From positions 231,260,001 through 231,324,000 of the forward strand of contig OZ024740.1 in NCBI GenBank assembly GCA_964016885.1: a stretch of DNA of 64,000 bases. The letters run 5' to 3'. The translations under genes were made by a program, and so were the position numbers. The notes beneath the pieces are model-generated. The model ran no database searches and had not been told where the DNA came from. It saw only the letters and a list, made by a program, of their open reading frames with translations. This document shows, one piece after another, positions 50,511-64,000 of this stretch (its first letter is position 1; each line of letters starts with the position of its first letter). Source of the stretch: Eledone cirrhosa. Taxonomy: Eukaryota.

Positions 50511-50930
50511 GTAAACCTACAGTCAGTAGGTACCTCTTAACCAAATATACACCCCAATCCACTACCCCTACCCTATCCTGCCACTCCCACCAACACCACC
50601 CTCTCTCTGTAACGTTGGTACCACAACATCCAGTCCAAATAAATGAGATAATGAGATTGAGATCGTGTAGGTGTCACAACAAAAAAAAAAAAACAAAAAA
50701 AAAACAGTCCACGCTGTAATGTGGCCGTGTAGGTAACACGGTAAAAATCTCCCAGTCCATACTGTAAATCTGGTTGGTGTTAGGAAGGCATCCAGCCGTA
50801 GAAAACCTGCCAGATAGTCCTATATGAGCGAGACATGGTCACCTGACCAACCTTGCCTCAAGTGGGACAACTCCCGTCTAACCCATGCTAGCGTGGAAGA
50901 TGGACGTTAAACGAAGATGATGATGATGAT
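50511..50930 (+). mobile_element. Solo 3'UTR of RTE family 2
   Basis: Diverged reverse complement of 50941-51326. Confidence 0.85.
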
Positions 50931-50940
50931 TATTATATGT

Positions 50941-51985
50941 ATCATCATCATCATCATCATCAACGTTTAACGTCCGTGTTCCACGCTTGCATGGGTTTGG
51001 ACGGGGGTATTCCCACTTGAGGCAAGAGTGATTGTCTTGCTCGCATAGGACTGTCTGGCAGGTTTTCTACAGTTGGATGCCCTTCCTAACACCAACCACA
51101 TTTACAGTGTGGGTCTGGGAGGTTTTTACCGTGTTGCCTACACGGCCACATTACAGCATGGACTGTGTGTTTTTTTGTCGTGACACCTACACGATCTCAT
51201 TTGTTTCGGCCTGGATGGCGCGGCACCAACATAACTTTACATAGAACGGGGTGGTGTGGATGGGGTGGGGGTGGTGGGACGGGGTGTATTTTGTTAGAGA
51301 TGCCTACTGGCTGTAGTAGGTTTTACTATGTATTTAGGTAAGGCGGGTCTTCTCTGTTACTGAGTACCGCCAAAGGTCTCGGTCCAGTGACATTGTCTTG
51401 GAGAGGTGTAAGTGTGTGAGTTCGGAGTTTATCAGCTCGTCCCAGGTTTTTCTAGGTCTGCCTATTCCGTGGCTACCATCTATCTTTATTGCCCTGCACT
51501 TTGTTATACAGCTATCGACTTTCATGCGCATCACGTGTCCATACCAACGTAGCCTTCTCTCGAGTAAACAACATCTGATCCCTCTTATTTCTAATTTTTT
51601 CCTTAGTTCGTTTATGTTTTGCCGTTCACGTATATTACTGTTACACATCCAGCAGAGCATGCAAGCTTCATTCCTCTCTAGTCTGCGTATATCCTCTGCA
51701 CACAATGCCCAGGTCTCACTGCCATCCAACATTGCTGTTCGTATGCAAGCATCATACAACCTGCCTTTCATTTTTAGGGAGAACCCTTTAGCAGCTAATA
51801 GTGGTATAAGCTCTCTGAACTTTTTCCAACCAGTTCTGACTCTAGCTACTGTACTTTCAGAGCACCCTCCCCCACTGCTGATTTTATCGCCCAGGTAACG
51901 GAAGCTGTCCACTATTTCTATAGAACCCTCTGCGCAATTGAAAGAGCTAGTATTTTGTGGGCACTTGCTGCTACTTATTGCACCA
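50941..51985 (-). mobile_element. RTE LINE 2 3' portion with ~390-bp 3'UTR
   Basis: ORF 51334..51912 DSFRYLGD...GRLYDACIR..GSETW...RLRWYGHV...GRPRKTW; (ATG)n tail. Confidence 0.95.
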
Positions 51986-52020
51986 ATATGTATATATGTA
52001 TATGTATGTGTATATATATA

Positions 52021-52210
52021 TAATAATAATGAAATTATTGTGTAAAGTGCTCAGGTGCACTACAACTCGTCAAAGGTCAGGGAAGTGAATAGTGTATGAG
52101 TCATGGTATACATGTGTGTATGTGTATGGAGGGGGAACATTAGGTGTAGTGTTGGCGAATCTCGGGAAGCATGGAGGTTTTAAAGGATGCAGTGTCTCAA
52201 CAGCTAACAC
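52021..52210 (-). mobile_element. 3' end of the same CR1 family as 42.6-46.2 kb
   Basis: Reverse of gttagctg.tgagacactgcatccttta...gtagtgcacctgagcact + (att)n. Confidence 0.85.
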
Positions 52211-52218
52211 ACATATAT

Positions 52219-52554
52219 ATTTTCATTTCATTTTACGTCCGCTTTTTCCCTGCTTGCAAGGGTGAGACGGGAACTGATTCTGGCTTGATTTCTACAGCTG
52301 GATGCCCTTCCTAACACCAACCTCATTTACAGTGAGTGCTGGGTGCTTTTTTGCCGTGGCACCTCCACGACCACTTTGCAGTGGAATGATAGGGACCCCA
52401 GTCCCTATCATCTCATTTCTACAGCTGAGTAAACTGGAGCAATGTGAAATAAAGTGTCTTGCTCAAGGAAACAACACATCACCCGGTCTGAGAATTGAAC
52501 TCACAACCTTTCGATTGCAAGGCCAATGCTCTAACCACTAAGCCATGTGCCTCC
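52219..52554 (-). mobile_element. SINE family A, copy 4
   Basis: Full-length match to the other copies. Confidence 0.9.
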
Positions 52555-54069
52555 ATAATATACATTATACATGTATATACATTAGAAATCAAAATTAAAA
52601 AAATAAAACACACACACATCATGATTGATTTTCAGCTCTGCTTCTGAGTATATCAATGATTTTTAGATTTCAGATTTATCCATTAATTCAATAAGTCAGG
52701 TATTTTGATATTTTGATGTGCATACAAAATACACTGTTATTTGTTGTTACTTTTCCCCTGTTTTTCTTTTCATCATTTATAATCTGTTTCTCTTAATATT
52801 GTCCTTAACATAGATATGAACTCTATTTATAGTTCTATTTTTATTGGCTCTCGTATTTTTTGGCAGCCTATTCAATTTATATAAATATAAGACAAGTCAA
52901 ATTATTTCTGTATTGATGCATGACTGTGTTAATAATCATGCTTCCATTAATTTACTCTGACTCGTTAAATATTTTTAGTCATTAGACTTTGGCCAGCCTG
53001 GGGTACCACAGTAACTTTTTTTGGTATTAAACTGCCCCAATCTGTCTCTAGTTTTATAAAACAAACCCTACATAGATGTGCGCTGTAGCAGTAACAGGTG
53101 TTATGAGGCAATTTTCGTTGCTAAGTAAAAGTTAACCTTGTAAACTCAATGACAGACTTAATTATACCAGCTTGTGGCCCTTTTTGAAGCAACGTTTTAC
53201 AGCCAGATGCAGGGATATGGTGTACCTATTCTAACCTGGATAAACACAGTAAGTTATTGGAAAGGTGTATTGCAGATAATTTTCTGGAAGAAGGGGTTGG
53301 GTGTTAATCCCCAGAATGAATAAGTTTCTGATCCAAAATGTGGAGTGTTTTCTTGGTAAGACCATTAGAATACTTGAGAAGCTTCCTATAAGGTGAAGCC
53401 TCGTAGGAGGCCAGCTAAACCTACATAGGTGTGAGCTGTAACATATAAAACAATATGTGTTAACACCTGTAATTTCTCCTCGAGATATACTTTAAGTGAA
53501 GTGGAATGATTGGAAAAGAAATTGAATGACTAGGAATAGCACAGATCAAAAACATATCTCACCTACCATTAGTTTATTCATTTTCCTTGCCAATGATAAA
53601 TATACTTCCTTTGTTGATGCCTAACCCCATGTCAACTTGATTAAGTAAATCTATGATCAAAAACATTCTAGTCATAACTATACTGCTTTTCATCCAATGT
53701 ATCCATTTTTGTTTAACCCTTTTTAGTCTGATGGGACACTTTTATAAGAACTATGTAAGAGCATTAAACTTATTTAATTGAACAAAATATAGCATTTTCT
53801 AAGTAGAAATATTAACCCACTGTATCAAGGCTCTTTCTGATGATGTCATTTAGATTGAATTGGCATTGATATAATGACTTTTGAGAATGTATTTCCTACT
53901 AGGTTATTTGTCACAAGCAGGCGGGTGCTACCATTAAGCCAACTTGCGAGCCACCTAGGGTGCCCTTCTCAGATGCATTCAGATCTGTATAATTAACTTA
54001 TATATATAATCATTTGCTTCAATCAATAAATAAACCAGTCCTGAGAGGTGCAATTGTGCAAGGTCATTT

Positions 54070-55745
54070 TTTATCACCTCATCTTTCTGAGTCTTCCCAC
54101 TCTATGGCTTCCATCAACTTGAGTGCTCTGCATCTTTTTTATACAGCTGTCATTCTTCATACGCATCACATGCCCATATCAATGCAATCTCCTCTCTTGC
54201 ACACTACATCTAATTCCTCTTATGCTAGTTTCTCTCACAGTTCATTTATGCTTTGTTTTATATTACTATTACACATCCATCGAAGCATGCAAGCTTCATT
54301 TCTTTCAATTCTTCATAAGTCCTCTGCAGACAGTGCCCAGGCCTCACTACCATGCAACATTGCTACTTATATAAATGCATCGTACAGTCTGCCTTCCATT
54401 TTGAGGGAAAAGCCTTTTGTAACTAGCAGTGGTTGTAGCTCTCTGAACTTCTTCCATCCTGTCCTAACCCTGGCTACTGTTCTTTCAGAACACCCACCTT
54501 CACTGTTAATTTGGTCTCTTTGGTAGCAGACGCTGTCTACTGTTTCTACTGAGCCTTCCTAGAATTTGATAGTGCTTGTTTCCTGTGGTCATATGCTACT
54601 TACTGTTCCTGTGCAATGGCTACATGTAAAACCTACGTTCTTAGCTAAACTACCTGAGATCCCACTACATCTCTTGTCTACCCATAGTTTGCATTTGGGA
54701 CAGTGGATGGAATTTCTACCTACACATTGAGCAAGGCCATTTCCACGAGGGTCTCATGGATCTTTTTTCCCTTCTACTTATTAGGACCTTAGTCTTTGTC
54801 AGGTTGACTTTAAGACCCTTTCTTTCTAAGCTGTGCTTCCAGGTTCGGAATTTCTTCTCTAATTCTGCCATAGAGATCATCTGCATACAGAAGTTCCCAT
54901 GGGCAGGCAGTCTTAAACTCCTCTATTATAGCCTGCAGAATGATAATAAACAGGAGAGGGCTAAGAACAGATCCCTGGTGGATGCCAACCTGCATGTTAA
55001 ATTCCTTGCTATAGTTGTTGTTAATCCTAACTTTGCTGACTGTTCCCCTATACATGGCAAGTACAGCCTTCACAAGTCACTCTTCTACTCCTAGTTTTCT
55101 AGGAGCCCACCAGATAATGGCATGGAGTACTCTGTCAAATGCTTTCTTAAGATCAACAAACACCAGGTAGAGTGGCTTACTTTTAGCTAGGTACTTCTGT
55201 AGCTGTTTCAGAAGGAAAAGAGCATCCATGGTGCTTTTACCTGGCACAAATCCAAACAGCATTTCATCTAGGTTAACACGGTCCCTAATCAGTTGTGCAA
55301 TAATTCTTTCTGTTACATTCATGACCTTGTCCATCAACTTGAAGCTTCTCTAGTTTCCTCTATCTAGTGCATCTCCTTTACCCTTGTGCCAGTCATTCGA
55401 TATGGCACCATTTAGTATTATTTGTTTTACAATAAGAGTGTTTAAGGTGTGACCCACCAATCCAGATGCTTTCATCATCTTGGTAACTATCTCTGATGGA
55501 CTGGCTGCTTTCCCAGTCTTCATGTCCTTAATTGCCATACTTACTACATTGCTGCTGACTTGTATGGCTGGGCCCTCTGTTGGGTCCACTTGGGATAAGC
55601 TCTCTTTCTCCCATGCATTCTTCTCATTCAGTAATCTTTCATAACGGCTCTTCATGCTACTTTCTTTTCTGCGTCTGTGACAGCAAGTGCACCTTTATTA
55701 CCAATGACATCACAATTTTATCTAACACACTGCCTCGCAATATAT
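54070..55745 (-). mobile_element. RTE LINE 3, degraded, PHD-containing family related to LINE 1
   Basis: ORFs 55350..55655, 55077..55337 and 54810..55073 (YADD); GKWPCSMC..IHCPKCKLWVDKRCSGI..FTCSHCTG at ~54610-54745. Confidence 0.9.
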
Positions 55746-56049
55746 AGGGGGGGGGGGGTATCTGAGAGAGATTTAACTACTATTTCTATCAGGTTCAGCA
55801 ATCATATTTAGCAGGGCCTTCATTGGCTCAGGTTCTCTGATTATTTTCTATGGTGAACATAATTCATTTCGCCATTAGATAGTAAAGAGTAAAAAAAAGA
55901 AAGAAATTGTCTCACAGAATGACTTATGATCTGTCTTGAATATCACCATATTGATTCTTGTGTGTGTATTGAAACAGTCTACTAGCAGATCATATTTACA
56001 TTTTGCATATGTTGTTGTTGTTGTTGTTGTAGTACAGTCTCTTACTTTT

Positions 56050-56840
56050 GGCACACACACACACACATACCGATGTGTGATAACATCCGCATACATATGT
56101 TGTTGTTTTATACAATCTCTTATTTTTGGAACACACACACACAGACATATATACATAAAGACACACACACACATACACACACACATATACACCCAGACAC
56201 ACACATATACAGGCACACAAACACATATACACACAGAAACACAGACACATATACACACAGATAGATGTGTGACAACAATCTTATACACACTCATACACAT
56301 ACATTCCAAATGTGAAGAACCATCAACCACAGTATTATATTCCTTGTTACATTCAACAGTCAGTTTTTACTTTTGGACTAATGTATTTAACTTAATTTAT
56401 TTATTTTGTGTGTACATGTACATGTGTATGTGTGCATGTGTGTGTACATGGGTGTATGTGTATGTACATGTGAGGGTGTGTATGCATGTGTGTGTATGTG
56501 TCTGTACATGTGTGTAAGTATATAGGTGCTTATCGGTGTACATGTGCATGTACATGTGTTGGTATGTGTGCATATGTGTATGTATGTGTGTATATATGCA
56601 TGTATGTACATGTGTATATGTGCATGCATGTGTGTGTGTGTGTGTGTATGTGCACATGTATATGTTGTGTACATATGTGTGTATGTGTGTTTGTATGTGT
56701 ATATGTGTGTTTATGCATGTGTGGATATGTGTGTACATGTGTATGTATGTACATGTATGTGTGTATATATGCATACATATGTCTGTATGTGTGATTACAT
56801 GTACGAGTGTATATGTGTGTATGTGTACATGTGTGTGAAA
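56050..56840. repeat. Degenerate (CA)n then (TG/TATG)n microsatellites
   Basis: Directly visible. Confidence 0.9.
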
Positions 56841-58303
56841 CACTAAGCCGTTATCAGTTAATTTTTACTACTTTATTTTTAGTGACTATGAAATATTTCA
56901 ACAGTGAAAAAAAAAAAAAAAATCATTGATTTTTTCTTCTTTAAATTTTTAAAAACTTTTTAGTCATGTTTTTTGTTGTTGTTATTTTAGTATTTTCTTC
57001 AAATTATAGTTTCAATCTATTACAGAAGGAATCTAGGAGAAACCAATTTTTAGTTCTGCCATTGATAAATGTGTGTAGTTTATCAACTAGGAAAACTACT
57101 ACTATACTACTTAAATCGAATTAGATGAATTCCTGAAGATTAATTCTTGGTGATGTCTTCGTGATGGCTAGCATGAAATTTGTGTAAGAATAGAAAACTT
57201 AAACATAATATCATTGAATGAAGATTAAGGGAAAAATTATCTTCTATTCTTAGAAAGGAAAGACTAGTAAGACATGAAATAGTTTTAGATAAAAACAATA
57301 ACAATAACAACTCTTTATTGTATTGGCCACAAGGGCCAAAGATGGAGAGAATACAAGAAGGAGATTCACAAGGGAACAACAATGAACACTGAGGGATATA
57401 TATTGAGTAAAAGTGGTGAGTGCGAGACTTTGTTATCTGAAGGATATTATCAATCATCATCATCTTCGTCTTTAATGTCTGATTTCTCTGCTAGGAAGTG
57501 TTGCATGAGTCTACAAGGACGAAGTCACTACTGAGGCAGTGCTACTGACCTTGCAGACAGGTTGTGGTATCTGTCACTCACTTATGTATAGTCTTACATT
57601 CTATTGAGTGCACAGGAGAGATTGTCATGTCTTTGATACAACTGAAGGGTCCTCCCAACTCTTTTTTGGCTGGATGCCCTTTCTGTCACCAGCCTCTTTA
57701 AAGAATGTATTGAGTGCATTCATCAAGTAGATTACCAACATTCGGGAAGCTGTCATGTCCTTGACATAACTGAAGTATCCTCCCAACCCTTTGTTTGGCG
57801 AGCTTTCTACAGCTGGGTTGGGTACATTTTATCATGGCACTAACACAACCACTTTACAGTATGGACTAGGTACATATAACATGGCACCCACACAACCACT
57901 TTATTAGTGGACTGAGTACATTTTATCATGGCCCCAACATTACCACTTTACAGAGTGGACTGGGTATATTTTATCATGGCACCAGCACATCACAACGCTA
58001 GGGCACTCGTGTCTTCACCCAGGCTGGAGAAATCAGTAATAGGAATATTAGTGGAGAAGAGTAAGGTGAGGAGGGGAAGGCTACATGTTGTTTGCCAAGG
58101 GAGTGGGGGTTATTTCATAGTGGGAGAGCAAGTGTTGTTGTTGAGGTGGCCTTGAAAACAGATAGATAGATAAATAGATAGATAGAAAGATAGGTAAATA
58201 AATATACAGATATACTTAGTATAATAGTATGCTATTGGTCAGTTGTTAAACTGTCTCAGATGGGCAAGAAGTGAAGCATATTTGCTGCCATATGAGGTCA
58301 GAA

Positions 58304-58641
58304 TTAACTCTTAACATCCTGTAATGATTTAGCAAAATAATATCTAAAAACAGGTTTAATTCAAATGTTTATAGTGTCTTTAATAAAAGACATATTATTT
58401 AAATTTGCAGTAATCTAGATTAAAGGCTTTAATTTTTAATGTGATTCAGTCATAGTGCTGTTTCATACTTTTCAAGAATGTTGTGCTAATAATTGTTTCT
58501 ACTTTAGGCACAAGGCCAGCAATTACCCAGTACATTACTGGTACTTTATTTTATCGACCCCGTAAGGATGAAAGGCAAAGTTAACCTCGGTGGGATTTAC
58601 TAATAATGTAATTTCATATGGTACAGGATGTTAAGAGTTAA
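58304..58641. mobile_element. piggyBac-like MITE (TTAA TSD, 16-bp perfect TIR) with a nested truncated SINE B (58489-58598)
   Basis: TTAA-ctcttaacatcctgta ... tacaggatgttaagag-TTAA. The nested SINE is flanked by ctaataat on both sides. Confidence 0.85.
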
Positions 58642-59894
58642 ACTGGTATAGCTCCAGCCTAGTAGTTTTATACTATGGCTAGAGTGCTTAGGATGTGAGC
58701 AGTGGGTCATTGTAGTATGAAGATGTGAGAAATAGTACTTTGTTTCAGCAGTGGTCAGATGATCAGATGATCTAATTGGGTCATACGTTGTATTGGGTAT
58801 GTCTGGAGATGAGCAAGAAGTCAAGAATGTTTGCTGTGGGATGTCAGACAGTGACAAAGCAAATGAGAATACTAACTAAATATATAATGATAATAAAGCA
58901 ACTGGGACAATGAGGTCACTGTAGATGTGATGGAAAGGAATATAGGTAATTTAAGGATCAAAGGGCTATTATTATTAACTAGAAAAAAAACACACAGATA
59001 AATAATAGATTGGAAATGCATGAGGCAGACTGGTTACTATAACAACTTTAGGCATATTGCAAACACGTAGGCCAGTTAAGGAAAAATACATCAATCGGTC
59101 GTTTTGTTTAGAACTGTTTCAGCTCCCTATTTGAAAATATGTTAATAGCCCTAAAATATGTTTAAATATCCTGGGTAAAACATTATTTTGTTTTGTTATC
59201 ATTTTCTCTTTATATTTTTCTACTGCATTGTACTGGCTTTTTGAAAATTATCATTCTATATAATGATACTCATTCATATTCAGTTGTATATATTTACAAA
59301 CAGAAAGAAAGAAAAAAACAATGAAAAGAGGGAGGAATGTGGCAATGTTACCTTACATTTTAGGTTGTGCCCTGCGACAAGATAGTGAAAGTATTGCCAT
59401 ACAGAAGAGCCACTTGGGGGGGGGGGGGGGGCTTCTTTCTCAGGTGAGATGCCCCTTCCTGATTTGGTAAAAAAATACAACAACAGTTGGTCTTGACTGT
59501 GACCAACCCAAAAATAATATGGTCAGTCACTGTTTGGTATTTAGAATACCGAATTGGTGCAGAAATTCAAAATAGTGTACAATTCAGTCCTTAGGCCAAC
59601 AGTTTTTGTATGGAGGGCATCTCTCCCTCTTTCACCACCGTAGTAGTTTGTACTTGTTTTCTAGTCCATTATTTTCCTTTAAGGAAATTGCTTTCTTCCT
59701 ATTCCATGGTTCTTTCTCTTCTTCTTCTCTAATTACTTGCTCTATTTTTGTCGATTTTTCAAACAAAAGTATTTGTGAGTTTTCTAAGAATCTGTCCTAA
59801 ATCTCTCGGCATGCTTCAACTAAATCGGGAAAGTATGTCTACATTGAACAGATTTTCATGTTAATGGGTCACTGTTTCCGAAGTACTGTTTCCT

Positions 59895-60540
59895 ACATAC
59901 TTACATACACATACATATACATACACACATATATATACGCACATATACATACATCACAGACATGCACACACATACATACATACTCATACATACATACACA
60001 TACATACATACATACATATATGCATACACACATGCATACATACACTGACAGACATAACACACACACATACATACATACACTCACATACATCCATACATGC
60101 ATAACACACATACAAGCACATACATACATTCATAACACAGCCACATACACACACACATAACACAAACACTTACATACACATGCACAGGGACATAGATACT
60201 CACAGAGACATGGACACACACACACACATGCATACATACACAATATTGAATAGAGAGAGAGAAAGCAAACAAATGATAGTCTCCTCTTTGTATAGCCTGA
60301 TCTGCTCTTTGAAGAAATACCATAATCATTGATTGAATACTTGCTTTTCAATACTTAGCTTGGTTGGAATTATTACACATTTTAATTTTATTTTCTTCAT
60401 CATCGTTATTATTATTATCATCATCATCACTATCATCTTTATTATCATCATCATCATCGTCATTATCATCAACATCATTACCATTATTATTGTTATTATC
60501 ATCATTATTATTATTTTCATTATTATTGTTATTATTATTG
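59895..60540. repeat. (CATA/CA)n and (ATC/ATT)n microsatellites
   Basis: Directly visible (59895-60240; 60395-60540). Confidence 0.9.
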
Positions 60541-61063
60541 AAAACCCTCTCTCCATCCCTCCATTGTTAAAACTCCCCTTATGATAGCAAAATCTATTTG
60601 GGAATTGATTTTTATTTTACCTCACATTTATTGCAATTAAAAATCTTTGTTTTTATAATTATCATGTTTATTATTATAACATTTTCTGGTCTAAGTACTA
60701 ATCCTATAAAGAACAACATTCTTCCACGATTACTGAATGACAAACTTGCATAAGTCTGGTACTTGTCTCCTGACTCAGTAGCATTAAAATACCTTATATA
60801 TACTTGTGTTAAATTTGCACTTCATTTTCCCCATGAAAATATGATGAGAAAAACCAGCTTGCTACTACTTATCTACTGGACCTACAAAACCTTAATTCGA
60901 AATACAAGGTACATTGTAAATGTTGTATGTAAAATGGAGGTGTGACTTATCTACTGTTGTAGCTAGTAGTATTAGTATCATTACATTATGAAGTATATAT
61001 GTCATTACATTATAGGGTAGCTTTAGGTTCAGTGTCATTGAAGCTGAGCTTATGGGGCTCACC

Positions 61064-61228
61064 CAGGGCTGGATTAACCATTAAGCAAAATAAGCAAAAG
61101 TTTAGGTCATTAAATGAAGAAGGACACCGTTTTATTCAAATTAAATGTATTTCTACACTTTTTATAGGTGATGGAGCACCATAATTTTTAAAGTACCTTT
61201 GGTCTCAAAAGGACTAATTCTGGTCCTG
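61064..61228. mobile_element. hAT-like MITE
   Basis: TIRs cagggctggattaa / ctaattctggtcctg; decayed 8-bp TSD ggctcacc / gactcatc. Confidence 0.6.
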
Positions 61229-61727
61229 GACTCATCTTCTACAAGCCCTAATAAATTACTCCATATGGCATATGCTATTTAATTATTTCTTTCAAACAAA
61301 CAACCTGCAAAGCATACTCATTGCAGATGTAGTACCACTATTACTTACTTGTACTTGTAGCGGCGTTTACCTGGGGTGGGTTGAACTGATTCCATTGAAG
61401 GAATTCATGGGATAAGTTCATTTCAATGGAGTTTCTTTGGGCAATTGGTTTTGCAAGCAGTGCCCAGCAATAAGTATATGCACTTTAGGATAGTCGAATC
61501 CAAGCATTGCATCAGTTATCACATTTTACACCCAACCAATTTGGTGAAGCCAGTGCTGCAGTGAGGATGCATAGGAAGGAGTTTGGCCAGCAGAGCTGAT
61601 AAACAACCTATTTGAGCCATTTTGTAAGCCAGCAGGAGCTCGTCCTACTGCCCAGCTAAGGCATACTGACCCCCAGCACCACTAAATAGGGTTGAATGTA
61701 AAGGTGAATGTGTGTTACTCTAACTAT

Positions 61728-61784
61728 TTGAACGTCTTACCTAAACCTCAGTACACACCTGATCTGGTGTCCAGTGGCTTCTGG
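61728..61784 (+). mobile_element. Possible mariner transposase relic
   Basis: LNVLPKPQYTPDLVSSGFW resembles LPHPPYSPDLAPSDFW; single motif only. Confidence 0.35.
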
Positions 61785-62153
61785 TGACATTGACTTATGT
61801 GTCTGCAGCAGGTCTCTGTATATGTGACATTGAAACTACAGCCATCACTTGCAACTGAGTATGACTTAGTATCATTCCCCATTCTTTTGCTAAGTGTTTT
61901 AAGTGTTCATGCAGTCAGGAGCAGGCACAGACACTCACGTGACCCTCTCACTTTTGATTCAGTGGCATATCCAAGGTGTGACAGGAAAGAGGGCTGCACG
62001 AACCGCAGCTGGTACACACTTTATCTACCCTAAAGAAGACCATGGCAGGATTTGAACTCAGAACAACTCTGCCAAATTGACAGCCATTGATGTATGTATG
62101 CATATATGGGAATATGTTTATATATATAATTTGTACGTAAATATATATATCAT

Positions 62154-62440
62154 CAAATGGAACAAAACCGTCTAACCCATGCTGGCGTGGAAGATGGACG
62201 TTAAACGATGATGATGATGATCATCATCATCGTTTAACGTCTATCTTCCATGCTAGCATGGGTTAGACGGGTTTGTCCCATTTAGAATCAAGTTGGGTTG
62301 GGTGACTGTTTCTGGCTGGTTTTCTATGGCTGGATGCTCATCCTAGTGCTAACCACATTTACAATGTGTGCTGGGTGCTATTTGCCATGTCTTTTACACA
62401 ACCACTTTACAGTGTGGGCTGGGTGCTTTTTGTCATGATA
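62154..62440. mobile_element. Tail-to-tail pair of RTE/SINE 3' ends
   Basis: Palindromic around gatgatgatgatcatcatcatc. Confidence 0.85.
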
Positions 62441-62485
62441 CCTATATTCATCATGTAAATATATATATATATATATGTATGTATA

Positions 62486-62705
62486 GTGAAGGCGTGTGGT
62501 TAGAGAATTGGATTCGCAATCGTAAGGTTGTGAGTTCGATTCCTGGACCAGGCGGTGCGTTATGTCCTTGAGCAAGACGCTTTATTTCATGTTGCTCCTT
62601 CTACCTGGAGTTGCGACCGATAGATAGTATTAGCAACTGGAAAGACCAACGGAAACATTGTTCCCTCGGTCCGATTTGACGAAAGTCGATCGTTTCTTTC
62701 TTCAT
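62486..62705 (+). mobile_element. SINE family C (tRNA head, CORE start, distinct tail)
   Basis: B box gagttcgattcc; ccttgagcaagacgctttatttca. The tail also occurs at 22667-22770 and 36410-36500. Confidence 0.8.
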
Positions 62706-63522
62706 CTATGTATATATATATGAATATATATATATATCATCATCATCATCATCACCGTTTTACGTCCGTTCTTCCATGCTAGCATGGGTTAGACGGGTTG
62801 TCCTGTTGTGTGCAGTGTCTGGTCGGCTGACCATGCCTTGCTCATACAGGAACTGATTTGGGCTTGATTTCTACAGCTGGATGCCCTTCCTTCTCTCTCT
62901 ATATATATGAATATATATTTATATATATATATATATATATATGAATATATATGAATATATATATATATGTATATATATATATGAATATATATATATATGA
63001 ATATATATATATATATGTATATATATATATGAATATATATATATATGAATATATATATATATATGTATATATATATATGAATATATATATATATATATGA
63101 ATATATATATATATATGAATATATATATATATGAATATATATATATATATTCATAAATAATCAAGAGAGATGAACACTAATATAAACATACATGTGTTCG
63201 AATCGTAAGGACTAAAATTTGCTAGGGTGAAAAAATACTAACTACAGCAATATAGTTTGTTATCCTTAACTTTAAATATTAAATTAAGAAAAATTAAGAA
63301 AAATAACAGACCTATATTGGGCTAAAATGCCTGGTAACAACTAGACAGTGTTGGAGACTGTTTCGCAACGACTTATTAAGTGAAGTTTTCATGTTTCTCT
63401 GCTCCTCAGTAGTTGTTGAGAAATTAGTGATCCTTTCACTTCTAAAAATATTAGAGAATGAATTGTGTACGATATATATATATAGTAATAATAAATACAA
63501 ACACCATTTCCTTTTTCTTATG

Positions 63523-63559
<37 letters not shown>

Positions 63560-63563
<4 letters not shown>

Positions 63564-63969
63564 TCATCATCATCATCATCATTTTACGTCCGCTTTTCCC
63601 TGCTAGCAAGGGTGGGACGGGAACTGATTCTGGCTTGATTTCTACAGCTGGATGCCCTTCCTAACACCAACCTCATTTACAGTGAGTGCTGGGTGCTTTT
63701 TTGCCGTGGCACCTCCACGACCACTTTACAGTGGAATAATAGGGACCTCAGTCCCTATCATCTCATTTCTACAGCTGAGTAAACTGGAGCAATGTGAAAT
63801 AAAGTGTCTTGCTCAAGGAAACAACACATCACCCAGTCTGAGAATTGAACTCACAATCTTTCGATTGCAAGGCCAATGCTCTAACCACTAAGCCATATGC
63901 CTCCATCACTAAGCCATATGCCTCCATCACTAAGCCATATGCCTCCATCACTAAGCCATATGCCTCCAT
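63560..63969 (-). mobile_element. SINE family A, copy 5, with four-fold reiterated 5' end
   Basis: cactaagccatatgcctccat x4 at 63886-63969. Confidence 0.9.
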
Positions 63970-64000
63970 ATATATGGAAAAGTATTATCATTGCTCTCTC

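Noticed and set aside
59635-59800. Minus-strand 54-codon open frame (DRFLENSQILLFEK...) after an AG, as a possible host exon
   Set aside because: No recognisable domain, weak polypyrimidine tract and no partner exons.

Overview
AT-rich, microsatellite-saturated eukaryotic DNA that is intergenic or deep-intronic. I could not support any host exon. The repeat content ((TA)n/(TATG)n/(CA)n tracts, tRNA-headed CORE-type SINEs, RTE, CR1, Penelope) suggests a coleoid cephalopod such as Octopus; this is inference. All recognisable coding sequence is from retroelements: a nearly complete CR1-type LINE (42.6-46.2 kb), several RTE LINEs, two Penelope-like elements, and R4/Dong, Tx1, Tc1 and mariner relics. 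There are also several SINE families and piggyBac/hAT-like MITEs. Most ORF-track entries are microsatellite translations. The main unexplained structure is self-cleaving-RNA architecture in small non-coding elements. (1) A ~590-bp non-autonomous retroposon (4 copies) starts with an HDV-like ribozyme fold and ends with an RTE zinc-finger/hairpin tail; one copy has twin-priming geometry. (2) A minimal type-I hammerhead lies downstream of a Penelope GIY-YIG ORF. (3) Two unrelated fold-back elements carry hammerhead-like motifs in their arms. Also notable are PHD-finger RTEs, an RTE with three C2H2 fingers, and a SINE whose tail is a mosaic of two RTE 3' ends present in this window. All folds and alignments were made by eye and need computational and biochemical confirmation.
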